A program made the translations under genes and the position numbers. A stretch of 64,000 nt of DNA from Malacoraja senta (lineage: Eukaryota): the NCBI GenBank assembly GCA_038087875.1, contig CM075994.1, positions 1,862,001 to 1,926,000 on the forward strand, given 5' to 3'. Positions 24,322 to 35,692 of this stretch are shown here, piece after piece. The notes beneath the pieces are model-generated. The model had not been told where the DNA came from, ran no database searches, and worked only from the letters and a program-made list of their open reading frames with translations. Within the stretch, counting starts at the first letter, position 1. Each line of letters starts with the position of its first letter.

Positions 24322-27300
24322 ATGCAGGACGATAGGCAAATAAAGAATGGAGGAATCACATTCTGTAGTTGGAATATAAGGGGTGCCAATGAACCAATAA
24401 AGAGGGGTAAAATTTTTGCTCACCTAAAATCTTTGAAAAGCGACATAATCTACTTGCAAGAAACTCACATGAAACAGGAAACACAAATGAGATTAAAGGC
24501 GAAGTGGATAGGCCAAACATATTATTCGTCATTTACTTCTAAATCTAGAGGTACGGCTATTCTTATTCGAAAAGGTATACCGTTCAAATTAAAGAATACT
24601 ATATCAGATAAAGAGGGAAGGTATATTATAGTTTCGGGAGAAATTTATGCTACCCCAATAACTATGGTAAATATTTACGCTCCGAATTTTGATAACCCTC
24701 AATTTTTTGAGAAAATTATAGATATAATACTGGAGTTTAATTATCAAAATGTCATAATAGGAGGGGATTTTAATTGTGTTTTAGATCCTTACTTAGACAA
24801 ATCAGCAAAACAAAGAAGGAGTAATACAAAATCTAAGACTAGTGAATTTCTAAATACATATATTAAAAATACTAACATAACAGATGTATGGAGATCCGCT
24901 AACCCAGCAGGAAGGGAATACTCGTTTTACTCTTCGGTACATAAAACATACTCAAGAATTGATTATTTTTTAGTGGATAGGAAATTAATGCCATATATAA
25001 TTAACCCAACTTACCATATTAGTAGTATTTCTGATCACTCTCCATTGACTTTTTTAGTAAAATTTGAAGGAATGCCGGGAAAAAATTTTTTTTGGAGGTT
25101 TAACACATATATATTAAATGACATACAGGGTTATCAATATTTGAAACAACAAATGATATCATTTTTTGAGATAAATGATACACCAGGTACCTCACCTTCT
25201 TTAATATGGGAAACTTTTAAAGCATTTATTAGAGGAATTATAATTTCATATGAAATTTTTCAAAATAAGAAGAATAAAACTGAACAGATGCTGTTAGAAC
25301 AAGAAATAAGACAGTTAGAGTTAGATAATGCTAAAGATCCCACTATAGATAAACATAATAAGATAATACTACTGAAATTTAAACTTAACCGAATTCTCTC
25401 GGCAAGAGTAATAAGATTATTCCAAATTACAAAACAGGAATATTTTGAGTTTGGTGACAAACCACATAAGCTGTTGGCGCGTCAATTGAAAAAACAGGAA
25501 AAGGAAAATACTATAAATAAAATTAAATCTGAGAATGGTGAATTACTAATACTACCTAAAGATATCAATAAAAGATTTGTTCAATTTTATCAGAATTTAT
25601 ACACATCAAAAACCAAAACAGAAGATAGTAAAATTACAAACTTTTTAGATAAATGTAATCTACCAAAACTTGACCTTTTGGAACAAGAAGAACTAGGAGC
25701 GCAAATTACAATCGAAGAAATAGGTGAAACAATAAAATTGCTGAAAAATGGTAAGACACCGGGACCAGATGGTTTTAGTAATGAATTTTATAAAAAGTTT
25801 CATGAGATAACGACCCCCTATCTATTTAATTTATATACTCACGTTTTTAAAGAAAATAAATTACCTGAAACATTAGCAGAATCAACTATTACGCTTATTC
25901 CAAAGAAAGATAAAGATCTAGAGGAACCGGGTTCATATAGAGCTATATCACTTCTAAATACCGACCAGAAAATTCTAGCAAAGACCTTAGCTAGAAGACT
26001 AAGCAAATATATTAGTAAATTGATAAACCCTGATCAAACGGGGTTTATACCCAAAAGATATTCATTTAATAATTTGAGACGCCTGTTTAATATAATGTAC
26101 TCACATAAAAAGGAAGAAAAAGACTTAGCAATTATTTCTTTGGACGCAGAGAAAGCATTTGATCAGGTAGAATGGCAGTATTTATACATAGTATTACAAA
26201 AATTTAATATGGGAGAGAATTTTATTGCATGGGTGAAATTATTATATGATAAACCGATGGCAAGAATATTAACTAACAGCATGTTATCTCAAAAATTTCA
26301 ATTATCAAGGGGTAATAGGCAGGGATGTGCTTTATCACCCCTGCTATTTGCCCTTATGATAGAACCTCTGGCTGAAAGTATAAGAAGCCATCCGAATATT
26401 CAGGGTTATAATACTAGGGACTCAAATAATAAAATTTCATTGTATGCAGACGATATTTTGTTATATATAACAAATTCACAAACGAGTATACCAAATTTAT
26501 TAAATTTAATAGAGGAATTTGGGTCCTTTTCAGGATATAGAATAAATTGGAACAAAAGTGAAATTATGACGTTAAAACCTCAAGAATCCACACACTTATT
26601 GAAATTCCCCTTTAAAATAGCAACAGAAAAATTCAAATATCTGGGTATACAGATTACTAGAAAACATAAAGCTTTATTCAACGCTAATTTTATACCCTTA
26701 ATAAATAAACTTAATATAATGATAAAATTTTGGAAAACACTCCCTTTATCATTAATAGGCAGAATAAATGCTATTAAAATGAGCTTCTTACCACAGTTAT
26801 TATACTTATTTCAATCTATACCAGTATATGTACCAAAATATTTCTTCTCTAAACTGAATGCTAATATTACTAATTTTGTTTGGGATTACAAATCACATAG
26901 AATTAAAAAAGAACACTTATGTAAACCAAAAGATGTCGGGGGACTTTCACTCCCTAATTTTTTGTATTACTATTGGGCAATACATATTAAGAATATAATT
27001 TACTGGTTGGATAGTTCAACTCAACAGACAGAATGGATAAAAATGGAGAAAGAGGATTGTTATCCTTGTAATATAGGAACAATCCTCTTCTCCCCAAAAA
27101 AAATGAACAATACAATATATAAGAAAAACCCAATTATACAAGATACAATAAGAATATGGAAACAAATAAAACTAGCCTTAAAATTAAGAAACCTATCATT
27201 ATTAACACCGATAGCGAATAATCCTTTATTTAAACCATCTATGATGGATAAAATATATAATCAATGGGAAAGTTTAGGAATTAAAAGGATCGGGGATATG

Positions 27301-28131
27301 TATGAAATGGGAGATTTATTATCATTTCAACAATTACAATTAAAATTTAAACTGAAAAACACTCATTATTTTAAATATTTTCAGATTTGTAATTTTTTGA
27401 AGACATACATACAGGGATATCAAAAAATAACTCCTGATTTACTAGAAGAAGTAATGAATATAAAAGCTGATACACAAAAATTAATAGCATATTTATATAA
27501 TAGTATCTTAAATATAGATTTACCTGTGACTGAGGTAATTAGAGAAGAGTGGGAACGGGAATTATTGATAAAAATTACGAAGGCTACATGGGAAAAGTAT
27601 TTGACATACATTCACAAGTGTTCGATTAACGCAAGACATAATCTAATCCAATTTAAAATTTTACATAGATTATATTACTCAAAAACAAGATTAAATAAAT
27701 TTTATCCAAATATATCGCCCATTTGCGATAAATGTTTAATCCAAGAAGCAACTATAACACACTCTTTTGTTTCTTGTATAAAACTTCATGGATTTTGGAG
27801 TGATATTTTCGAAATATTTACAAAATTATTTAAGACAAAAATGGAACCCAATAATGAATTGATTATATTTGGGGTAATGGAAGACGGGAACAAATTGAGC
27901 TCATCTCAAAAGTCAATTTTTAATTATGGTTTAATAATAGCAAAAAAATTAATATTGAAATTTTGGAAAAATACACCAATACCAACGCTCAAAATGTGGA
28001 TTGCAAGTATGTTGGATACCGCACATCTTGAGGAAATGCGATTCCTCCTAATAGATAAATTTGACCAATTCATAACGAGTTGGTCTCCATTTGTCGTCTT
28101 TTTGGAAACGTATGGTGCAAAACAGGTGTAA
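24322..28131 (+). CDS. L1 ORF2p (APE endonuclease, reverse transcriptase, C-terminal cysteine-rich domain), uninterrupted 1269 aa
   Basis: SWNIRG, LQETH, GGDFN, SRIDY and SDH (EN); GPDG, LDAEKAFD, RQGCALSP and YADD (RT); CDKC…HSFVSC (CCHC). Confidence 0.97.
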   Translation: MQDDRQIKNGGITFCSWNIRGANEPIKRGKIFAHLKSLKSDIIYLQETHMKQETQMRLKAKWIGQTYYSSFTSKSRGTAILIRKGIPFKLKNTISDKEGRYIIVSGEIYATPITMVNIYAPNFDNPQFFEKIIDIILEFNYQNVIIGGDFNCVLDPYLDKSAKQRRSNTKSKTSEFLNTYIKNTNITDVWRSANPAGREYSFYSSVHKTYSRIDYFLVDRKLMPYIINPTYHISSISDHSPLTFLVKFEGMPGKNFFWRFNTYILNDIQGYQYLKQQMISFFEINDTPGTSPSLIWETFKAFIRGIIISYEIFQNKKNKTEQMLLEQEIRQLELDNAKDPTIDKHNKIILLKFKLNRILSARVIRLFQITKQEYFEFGDKPHKLLARQLKKQEKENTINKIKSENGELLILPKDINKRFVQFYQNLYTSKTKTEDSKITNFLDKCNLPKLDLLEQEELGAQITIEEIGETIKLLKNGKTPGPDGFSNEFYKKFHEITTPYLFNLYTHVFKENKLPETLAESTITLIPKKDKDLEEPGSYRAISLLNTDQKILAKTLARRLSKYISKLINPDQTGFIPKRYSFNNLRRLFNIMYSHKKEEKDLAIISLDAEKAFDQVEWQYLYIVLQKFNMGENFIAWVKLLYDKPMARILTNSMLSQKFQLSRGNRQGCALSPLLFALMIEPLAESIRSHPNIQGYNTRDSNNKISLYADDILLYITNSQTSIPNLLNLIEEFGSFSGYRINWNKSEIMTLKPQESTHLLKFPFKIATEKFKYLGIQITRKHKALFNANFIPLINKLNIMIKFWKTLPLSLIGRINAIKMSFLPQLLYLFQSIPVYVPKYFFSKLNANITNFVWDYKSHRIKKEHLCKPKDVGGLSLPNFLYYYWAIHIKNIIYWLDSSTQQTEWIKMEKEDCYPCNIGTILFSPKKMNNTIYKKNPIIQDTIRIWKQIKLALKLRNLSLLTPIANNPLFKPSMMDKIYNQWESLGIKRIGDMYEMGDLLSFQQLQLKFKLKNTHYFKYFQICNFLKTYIQGYQKITPDLLEEVMNIKADTQKLIAYLYNSILNIDLPVTEVIREEWERELLIKITKATWEKYLTYIHKCSINARHNLIQFKILHRLYYSKTRLNKFYPNISPICDKCLIQEATITHSFVSCIKLHGFWSDIFEIFTKLFKTKMEPNNELIIFGVMEDGNKLSSSQKSIFNYGLIIAKKLILKFWKNTPIPTLKMWIASMLDTAHLEEMRFLLIDKFDQFITSWSPFVVFLETYGAKQV

Positions 28132-28371
28132 AAGCTAATCCGTGACTGCGGATGGTCAAGATTATAAATGATCTCCTTCTATTTTCTTTTCTTCTTTTCT
28201 TTTCATCTATTCTCTTTCTTCTATTTTCTATGTCTCAACTTTCTTATTTCATTCTTTATTTTTCTTTTTCACACACTATATATCTCACATTTTTCTATTT
28301 TTCATTATCTAACTTTTTTCTTTTTCTTCTTTATTTCAAAAAATTTAAAAAAAAAAAAAAGTGAAATTATG

Positions 28372-30451
28372 CCAATAAGGGAACATAATAAACATATAAT
28401 ACAACAATTTCCATTTAAAATAGTAAATGAAAAATTTAAATACCTAGGCATTTATGTTACTAAGATATATACATCATTATTTAAAGCAAATTTTCCCCCA
28501 TTACTGAATAAACTACATAAGAATATTCAGTATTGGAAAACACTTCCTATTTCAATGGTTGGCAAAATTAATGCCATAAAAATGATTTTCTTACCGCAAA
28601 TATTATACCTTTTTCAAACAATTCCGATATATTTGTCAAAAAACTTTTTAAAAAAGTTAGATTCCATTGTCAGTGACTTTATCTGGGATTATAAGAATCA
28701 TAGGATAAGCAAAAAACATCTGTGCAAATCAAAAATAAATGGAGGTTTGGTTTTACCAAACTTTTTGTTTTATTTTTGGGCAGTTAACATTAAAAATATG
28801 AATTTTTGGTTGGAAGAAATAGATCAACAACCAGATTGGTTAAAAATGGAAAAGGAAGATTGCTCACCTTTTGAAATCGGCTCGATACTATTTGCTACTT
28901 CTAAATTAAATTAAACAATTTATAGGGAAAATACTATAATATATAGTACTATGCGAATTTGGAAACAATTAAAAAAGACATTAAAACTAGATAATTTATC
29001 ACTTTTTCTTCCAATTGCGAATAACCCTTTGTTTAAGCCCTCATGGTTGGACAAAGGTTTCACACAATGGAAAAACTATGGAATTAAAAAGATGGGACAA
29101 CTTTATAAGGAAGGCACTTTTCTTTCATTTCAGGAGTTGCAACAGATTTATGGACTTCAAGTAAATGATTTTTTCAGATATCTCCAACTTAGAGATTACG
29201 TAAAAGCAAATACTCAAAATTTTAGAATTAGAAATTCAGAAATTTTTGACGACTGTTGGAATAAACATCCTAATACAGAAAAACTAATATCTTATATATA
29301 TAATATTTTATTAGACAGTGATATTCCATTGACGGACTTACACAGACAAACTTGGGAAAAAGAACTAAATCAAATAATAACAAAAGATACTTGGGAAGAA
29401 AGTTTACAACACATACATCAATGTTCATTAAATGCCAGACATTCTCTAATACAATTCAAAGTAATACATAGGTTACATTATTCTAAAACAAAATTAAATA
29501 AAATCTTCCCACATATCTCACCAATATGTGATAAATGTCAACATTTAGAAGCTAACTTATCTCATATGTTTGCAAATTGCATAAAAATTAAAAATTTCTG
29601 GGTAAATATTTTCACAATAATATCTAAAGTGACTAGCATTCAATTGGACCCGGATCCAAAATTGATAATACTTGGAACATTAGAACTAAATCAAACATTT
29701 ACAACAACTCAAAGAAACTTTATTGATTATAGTATAATAACTGGGAAAAAATTAATTCTAAAATTTTGGAAAGGCCCTATAACCCCCACAATTAAAATGT
29801 GGATTATAGAAATGACGGAGAACTTACACTTGGAAAGAATTAGACTTGTCCTGTTGGACAAACAGGAACTATTCGTCGGAACATGGTCTCCCTTTATTGA
29901 CTATTTAAAGGGTCAGAATGGTTCAGCACAAGAACCTGACTAACACCCGTGCCAAGGAATAGATGAAAGGTTATACTCTGAAATGTACGAATATATCTCG
30001 AATGAAGTTTTTTATCGTAGTAAATTATTCCATTCTTCTTTATTATCTTTTTTTGTTGTTTTTTTTTTGTTGTTGTTTTTTTTTGTTGTGTTTTTTTTGT
30101 TTTGTTTTTTGTTTCTTCTCTTTTTTCTCTTTCTTTCTTTATTTCATCTATATCTTTTTAGTTCTATTTAGGTTTTTTTTAAAATGTTTTAAAAAAAGTA
30201 TTGGAGACATTGTAATAATAATGGACGATATTAGTAATTTAAAAATGTAAGACTGGTATCGATTTTAATATGATATGATATTGTGTTTCTTATTTTCTTT
30301 TGGTGCTCTTGAAATTGAATTCTGTCCTTGATTTGTGTACTGTGGTGTTTTTATATTTAATTTATTCCGATTATGTGTTTTGTATTTTTTTTATGATTCT
30401 ATGCATTGTAAGGTGTCCTTGGGTTTTAGAAAGGCGCCAGTAAATAAAATG

Positions 30452-30484
<33 letters not shown>

Positions 30485-30511
30485 TCCAATAAAAAATAAT
30501 TTCACAAAAAG
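28372..30511 (+). mobile_element. Older L1 (L1-A), right part of ORF2, 3'UTR and A-rich tail
   Basis: Resumes at PIREHNK…FKYLGI; stop at 28912; CDKC…HMFANC; terminal stop at 29943. TSD AAAAAGAAAGGAA at 20741-20753 and 30512-30524. Confidence 0.93.
30270..30482 (+). mobile_element. L2-type 3' tail inserted in the L1-A 3'UTR
   Basis: tgtaaggtgtccttgggttttagaaaggcgcc stem-loop followed by aaataaaatg(TAT)n, typical of L2 ends. Left boundary approximate. Confidence 0.55.
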
Positions 30512-30524
30512 AAAAAGAAAGGAA

Positions 30525-30840
30525 GAGGCGGAGACAGTAGGCTGTGGGAGAGCTGGGAATAGGAGGGGAAGGAGGGAGAAAGCAAGGACTACCTGAAATT
30601 AGAGAAGCCAATGTTCATACTGCTGGGGTGTAAACTACCCAAGCAAATATGAGGTGCTGCTCCTCCAATATGCGGTGGGCCTCACTCTGGCCATGGAGGA
30701 GGCCCAGGATAGAAAGGTCGGATTCAGAATGGGAAGGGGAGTTGAAGTGTTGAGCCACCGGGAGATCAGGTTGGTTATTGTGAACTGAGTGGAGGTGTTG
30801 TGCGAAGCGATCGCCAAGCCTGCGCTTGGTCTCACCGAGG
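30525..30840 (-). mobile_element. Penelope GIY-YIG segment, continuation of the copy split at 20753
   Basis: GETKRRLGDRFAQHLHSV…PVAQHFNSPSH; collinear with 20025-20330. Confidence 0.9.
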
Positions 30841-30844
30841 TTGA

Positions 30845-31210
30845 TCATACGCTGAATAATCCAACCACATTTTTGTTTGGAAGTGGAAAGAAATAATAGA
30901 AATTGCATTCATTGCAATGTGTAAAAAGAGTTGAGATACTGTATTATAATTTTGCTGCATGTCATTGTAGTATATATCATGTCTTGATTGGTGAATATGT
31001 TTAGTTTGTGACTTTATTTGAAGCAGAAATAATATGTGAATGCTTCATTGAGCATAATTCCGACTGGTAACTACTCACTTCGTCCGAGCACATTATCGCA
31101 CGCGTCATGCAAGCCGTCTTAAATGACCACCTAAACTGTCATTTGGCAATCTAAAAAGCTGCCAAGGTTGCCCGGCTGACAACAGAAAAATAAATTAAGT
31201 GAGAGCCCTG
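30845..31210. mobile_element. One end of another hAT-like element
   Basis: Terminates …ttaagtgagagccCTG (CAGGGCTC-type end). The partner end was not found. Confidence 0.45.
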
Positions 31211-33697
31211 CAAGGTGTATAATATTTTTGACGCTGTCATAGGCCTTTCTTACATATGCTGTCACAACGCACTGTAGTTTCTAAACAACCCTTCAGTAAT
31301 TTTCCTTGCCCTCCATTTCAGAATAATAGTGTTTTAAGCCAATAACTCGACACTAGCACTGGCAATAAATAAATAAATAAAAAGCGCAGCTTTCCATCCC
31401 CTTATCTCATTGGCCACGCTCGGCTGCAAATCTGTGTCAATCTGGTGGACCATCTTCCTCTAGTCGTGGGGGTGGGGGATTGGCAAGGGCCTCACAAGTG
31501 GAACAGCTTAGGGCCTCTCTTCATCTAAATCCGGCCTTGGGACAGAGCACTAAAATGGGAAGTTTCAAGCCAAATCTTAAAGCTAGAGGTAGAACATTTG
31601 TCGTTGGCAGCTTTGGTTGCTACAGTTTCCAGGATAACCAAAGCTGGGTTTTGAGCTGAATCAACATTCTGCCCGTATTTAGCAGAAAGCACAATCTTGG
31701 TCCAAGAGTTGAAGCTCCTACTCGAACCTCAGCTCCAAGGATCATTACGAGGCAGATTAATTACCTGCAAGCATCTATTTGAGGCTGAATAGTCTTTCAT
31801 TAAGGACGCATCTGTCTGTACATGATCCATATCCCTCCATTCCACACATATCCATGTGCCTTTCCAAAAATGTCTTAAATGCCACTCAAATATCTCTTAG
31901 ATGCCTCTTAAATTATCCCTTTGTGTTGTAACCTGAACAAGATAATACTGCAAACATGACAAGTTTGCATAGAGATAGACACAAAGTGCTGGAGTATCTC
32001 TTCAGGTCAAGCCCACATTCCAGGAGAAAAAAGACGGGTGACGTTTTGGGTCAGGACCCTTCTGCAGACATTTTGTGCCTTCCAGCTCTTTGTGTCTATC
32101 TTTGGTATAAATCAGCATCTGCAGTTGTTTGTTTCTACACGTTTGCCTAGAATTGGATTAGGAAGTCTCAGGACTCTGACCCACCAATGAAGAGGTATCA
32201 ATGACATATTTCCTTAGCAGTGTTGGGAAGAGAAAATTGCCAATGGCATGGTCACCTTTTTTCCAGCTCAATTGGAACATATTTGGCTAATTTGGGCTGG
32301 ATTTAAAATAAGGAGACAGAGTGCAGGAAGGACATAAAGCTGAGTAGCATGGTGTCAGGGCAACAACCTCTCCCTCAATGTCAGCAAAACAAAGGAGTTG
32401 GTCGTCGACTTCAGGAAGTGGGGTGGAGTACACCCTCCAGTCTGTATAAAAGTGATAGTGGGGCTGGTTGAGGGCTTCCCAGTTTCTAGGTGTAAATATC
32501 ACCAACAATTTGTCCTCATCCAATTACATTAATGCCAGCAAGAAGGCACACCAATGCCTCTACTTCCTCAAAAGACTCACGGAATTCAGCATATCTCCAA
32601 CGATTCTTACAAAAACTACAGATGCACTATTGAGAGCATACTGACGGGTTGCATTACAGCCTGGTTTAGGAACAACCCTGCCCAAGTCGGCAAGATATTA
32701 CAGAGTTGTAGATGTAGCCCAGTCCATCACACAGACCAGACTCCCCAGCACTGACTACCTACACTTCACACCACCGCAGAATAGCAGCCAACATAATCAA
32801 AGGCTTCTCCCACCCCGAGCATTCATTCTCCCAGGACCAGGGCCGGCCCTAGGCCGATTGAACCGATTTTTCCAAATTGGGCCCTGCGCCCAAGGGGGGC
32901 CCCGCGCCCAAGGGGGGGCTCCGCATTAATTTTCTGTATTTCATATGGAAATATAAATTCGCTTTGTTAAATAAAGATTTTTTTTTAAACATTCGCCATA
33001 CGGATTTTTTTACAAAACTTACATGGTTTTGTACATGGAATACAAGCGCTGTACGGCCATCAGACACAAACGATGTGTTAACAGCCACTAGTTAACAAGT
33101 AGTTATCCAATGCGTCATCAATGCATCGATCCACATTCCTCAGTAAATGTGTCATTGTGTTTGAAGAAGTATTAATATCGCTGCGTTCCTTTGAATACAA
33201 TTCACGCGCCGTCATTAACACTTCTTCAAAACATAATTACATTTTACTGAGGAATGTAGATTGATGCATTAATGACACATTGAGAATTTCTTAAAACTCA
33301 CCATCATGATTGAGAACTTCTTCTTGGTGACATTCTTGGTCTGCAGCAGGTTAGTCATTCAATTTACCTACCGACCCACGTTGTGTCTCTCTGTTTTCGC
33401 TATCTCCCTCCCTCTCTCTCTCGCGCGCTCTCTCTCCCCCGTGCGCTCTCTCTCTCCCGTGCGCGCTCTCTCTCTCCCGTTCTCCACCTCTCTCTAGCTC
33501 TCTCGGTATTCCCGGAATCATTGACGTTTTGCAGTAGACAAAAATGCTGGAGAAACTTAGCGGGTGAGGCAGCATCTATGGAGCGAAGGAAATATGCAAC
33601 GTTTCGGGTCGAGACCCTTCTTCAGACCCGGCTATTTCCTTCACTCCATAGATGCTGCCTCAAGCCCTGTGCCACTGTGCGAGTTCACACAAGAGCT

Positions 33698-34358
33698 TAA
33701 AATCTCTGGTAGCATCTCTCCCTATCTTCAAATTCCCACTTTGAAATAAAATACAGTTTTCGACTTAAACATTTCGCAGCAGGATCGCGATTAGTCGATT
33801 CCCACATATTTTCAATCATTGTTCGATTCAGTGTAATTTTCACACCTGGTTGATATAGTTGTTTTTTTTAAGATACAGTACATTACAATAAATAGTTTCA
33901 AGCATACCCGGTACTAAACGCACAAACATTAAGGTGGTTACTGATGTTACAAACGGTTATAAATGAATATAATTTCAAAGTGATTCCATGGAAAGAATAT
34001 TTAACCAGAATATGGTGAGGTCGGTGCAAAATGCTCACTTAAAACAATACGCCGTCAACTCAGGATTGTTTCTTAGCCCTCTGACAGGTGTTTCAATCTA
34101 ACCTCGCAGCTCGCTGTTAATCGATTCATAGCTATTAATTTTCATTCCTGGTCCGTATCGAACTTCTCCAAATGTAAACGCTTCAAGTTACGCTTCTTGT
34201 GTGGTGGTAAGGGGGGGGGGGGGGGGGGGGGAATGCTAGGATAAAATACCATATATTTGTATTTATGTAGCGATCCTGCTGCGAAAATTTTGTCGAAAGT
34301 TGTATTTTATTTCAAAGTGGGAATTGGAAGATAGGAACAGATGCTACACAGAGCTTTT
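33698..34358. mobile_element. MITE with ~90-bp imperfect TIRs
   Basis: 33698-33788 (…gtagcatc…ttcccactttgaaataaaataca…cgcagcaggatcgc) is the inverse of 34270-34358. Confidence 0.7.
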
Positions 34359-35041
34359 GATAGGAAGGAAACGTTACAGCAGCTGAGTAAAAGATTAGTC
34401 AAATGGTAGGTTCAATGAAGATCGGGCGAGGGGGATTGGGGGTGGGGGAAAAGTATCTATAGCTTGGGACTTGCCTAAATGAGTACTGAGATGGATTATT
34501 ATTCCACACCAAATTTCTTAGACAATAATACATTTTATGCATTTATCACATTTTGTTGGATATGGATCAACCTATGGTACATGCTCGTAAATTAGTAAAA
34601 CAAATGTTCTTTAAGTACTGTTGTTTCTGGGATGGAATTTCTGATAACAAATAACCTACATTCTATATTTTGTCATAATGTGGCTGAAACAATGGCATAT
34701 TTTGTGATATTTATTGAGATAAATATCACAAAATGTTTCAACATTCTGTATGTCTGATAGATATTGTGAAATGGAACAGAAATTATGGGAGGATTACATA
34801 AAACTACAATTCAAAGGTAATGAATATACAGAGTATTCTTATTTCCATCATGAACATACAATAGTGATATATGACACCAGGTCCTACTACGGTAAACTCA
34901 CGAGCTACTACGGTATGACTACGTGTTAAAAAGTATCAAATTTTTACATCCTGAGTATATTTTACATGTGGACATTTTTCAACATGTTGAAAAATCTTCA
35001 CGAGTTACCACGTTTCCTGAGTACCTGCCGTTAGCACTAAG

Positions 35042-35692
35042 AAATGGCATGTTGGCCTTTATAACAGGAGGAATCGAATATAGGAGCAAAGAGGTCCTTC
35101 TGCAGTTGTACAGAGTTCTAGTGAGACCGCACCTGGAGTATTGTGTGCAGTTTTGGTCCTCTAATTTGAGGAAGGACATTCTTGCTATTGAGGGAGTGCA
35201 GCGTAGGTTTACAAGGTTAATTCCCGGGATGGTGGAACTGTCATATGCTGAGAGAATGGAGCAGCTGGGCTTGTACACTTTCAAGTTTAGAAGGATGAGA
35301 GGGCATCTCATTGAAACATATAAGATTTGTTACGGGCTTGGACACGCTAGAGGCAGGAAACATGTTCCCGATGTTGGGGGAGTCCAGAACCAGGGGCCAC
35401 AGTTTAAGAATAAGGGGTAAGCCATTTAGAACGGGGACGAGGAAACACTTTTTCTCACAGAGAGTGGTGAGTGTGGAATACTCTGCCTCAGAGGGAGGTG
35501 GAGGCAGGTTCTCTGGATGCTTTCAAGAGAGTGCTAGATAGGGCACTTAAAAAATAGCTGAGTCAGGGGATATGGGGAGAAGGCAGGAACGGGGTACTGA
35601 TTGTGGATGATCAGCCATGTTCACATTGAATGGCGGAGCTGGCTCGAAGGGCCAAATGGCCTACTCCTGCACCTATTGTTTATTGTCTATTG
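35042..35692 (+). mobile_element. CR1 3' fragment, same subfamily as 8800-10415
   Basis: NGMLAFITGGIEYRSKEVLLQLYRVLVRPHLEYCVQFW; (ctattgt)n tail. Confidence 0.92.

Larger units (their letters stand above)
22751..28356 (+). mobile_element. Younger L1 (L1-B) with 5' inversion, partial ORF1, intact ORF2, 3'UTR and poly(A)
   Basis: 15-bp TSD AAAAGTGAAATTATG at 22736-22750 and 28357-28371; poly(A) at ~28338-28360; splits L1-A ORF2 at WNKSEIM|PIR. Confidence 0.95.
17071..31539. mobile_element. Non-autonomous hAT DNA transposon expanded to 14.5 kb by nested insertions
   Basis: TIRs CAGGGCCGGATTTA (17071) and TAAATCCGGCCTTG (ends 31539). Exact 8-bp TSD GGACAGAG at 17063-17070 and 31540-31547. A second internal TIR TAAATCCGGCCCTG ends at 17261. 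Confidence 0.85.

Noticed and set aside
26554..26568. The L1-B TSD sequence also occurs inside L1-B ORF2, suggesting target specificity or recombination
   Set aside because: It is simply the conserved KSEIM coding stretch. The sibling insertion at 14810 uses an unrelated target, and poly(A) plus TSD indicate ordinary retrotransposition.
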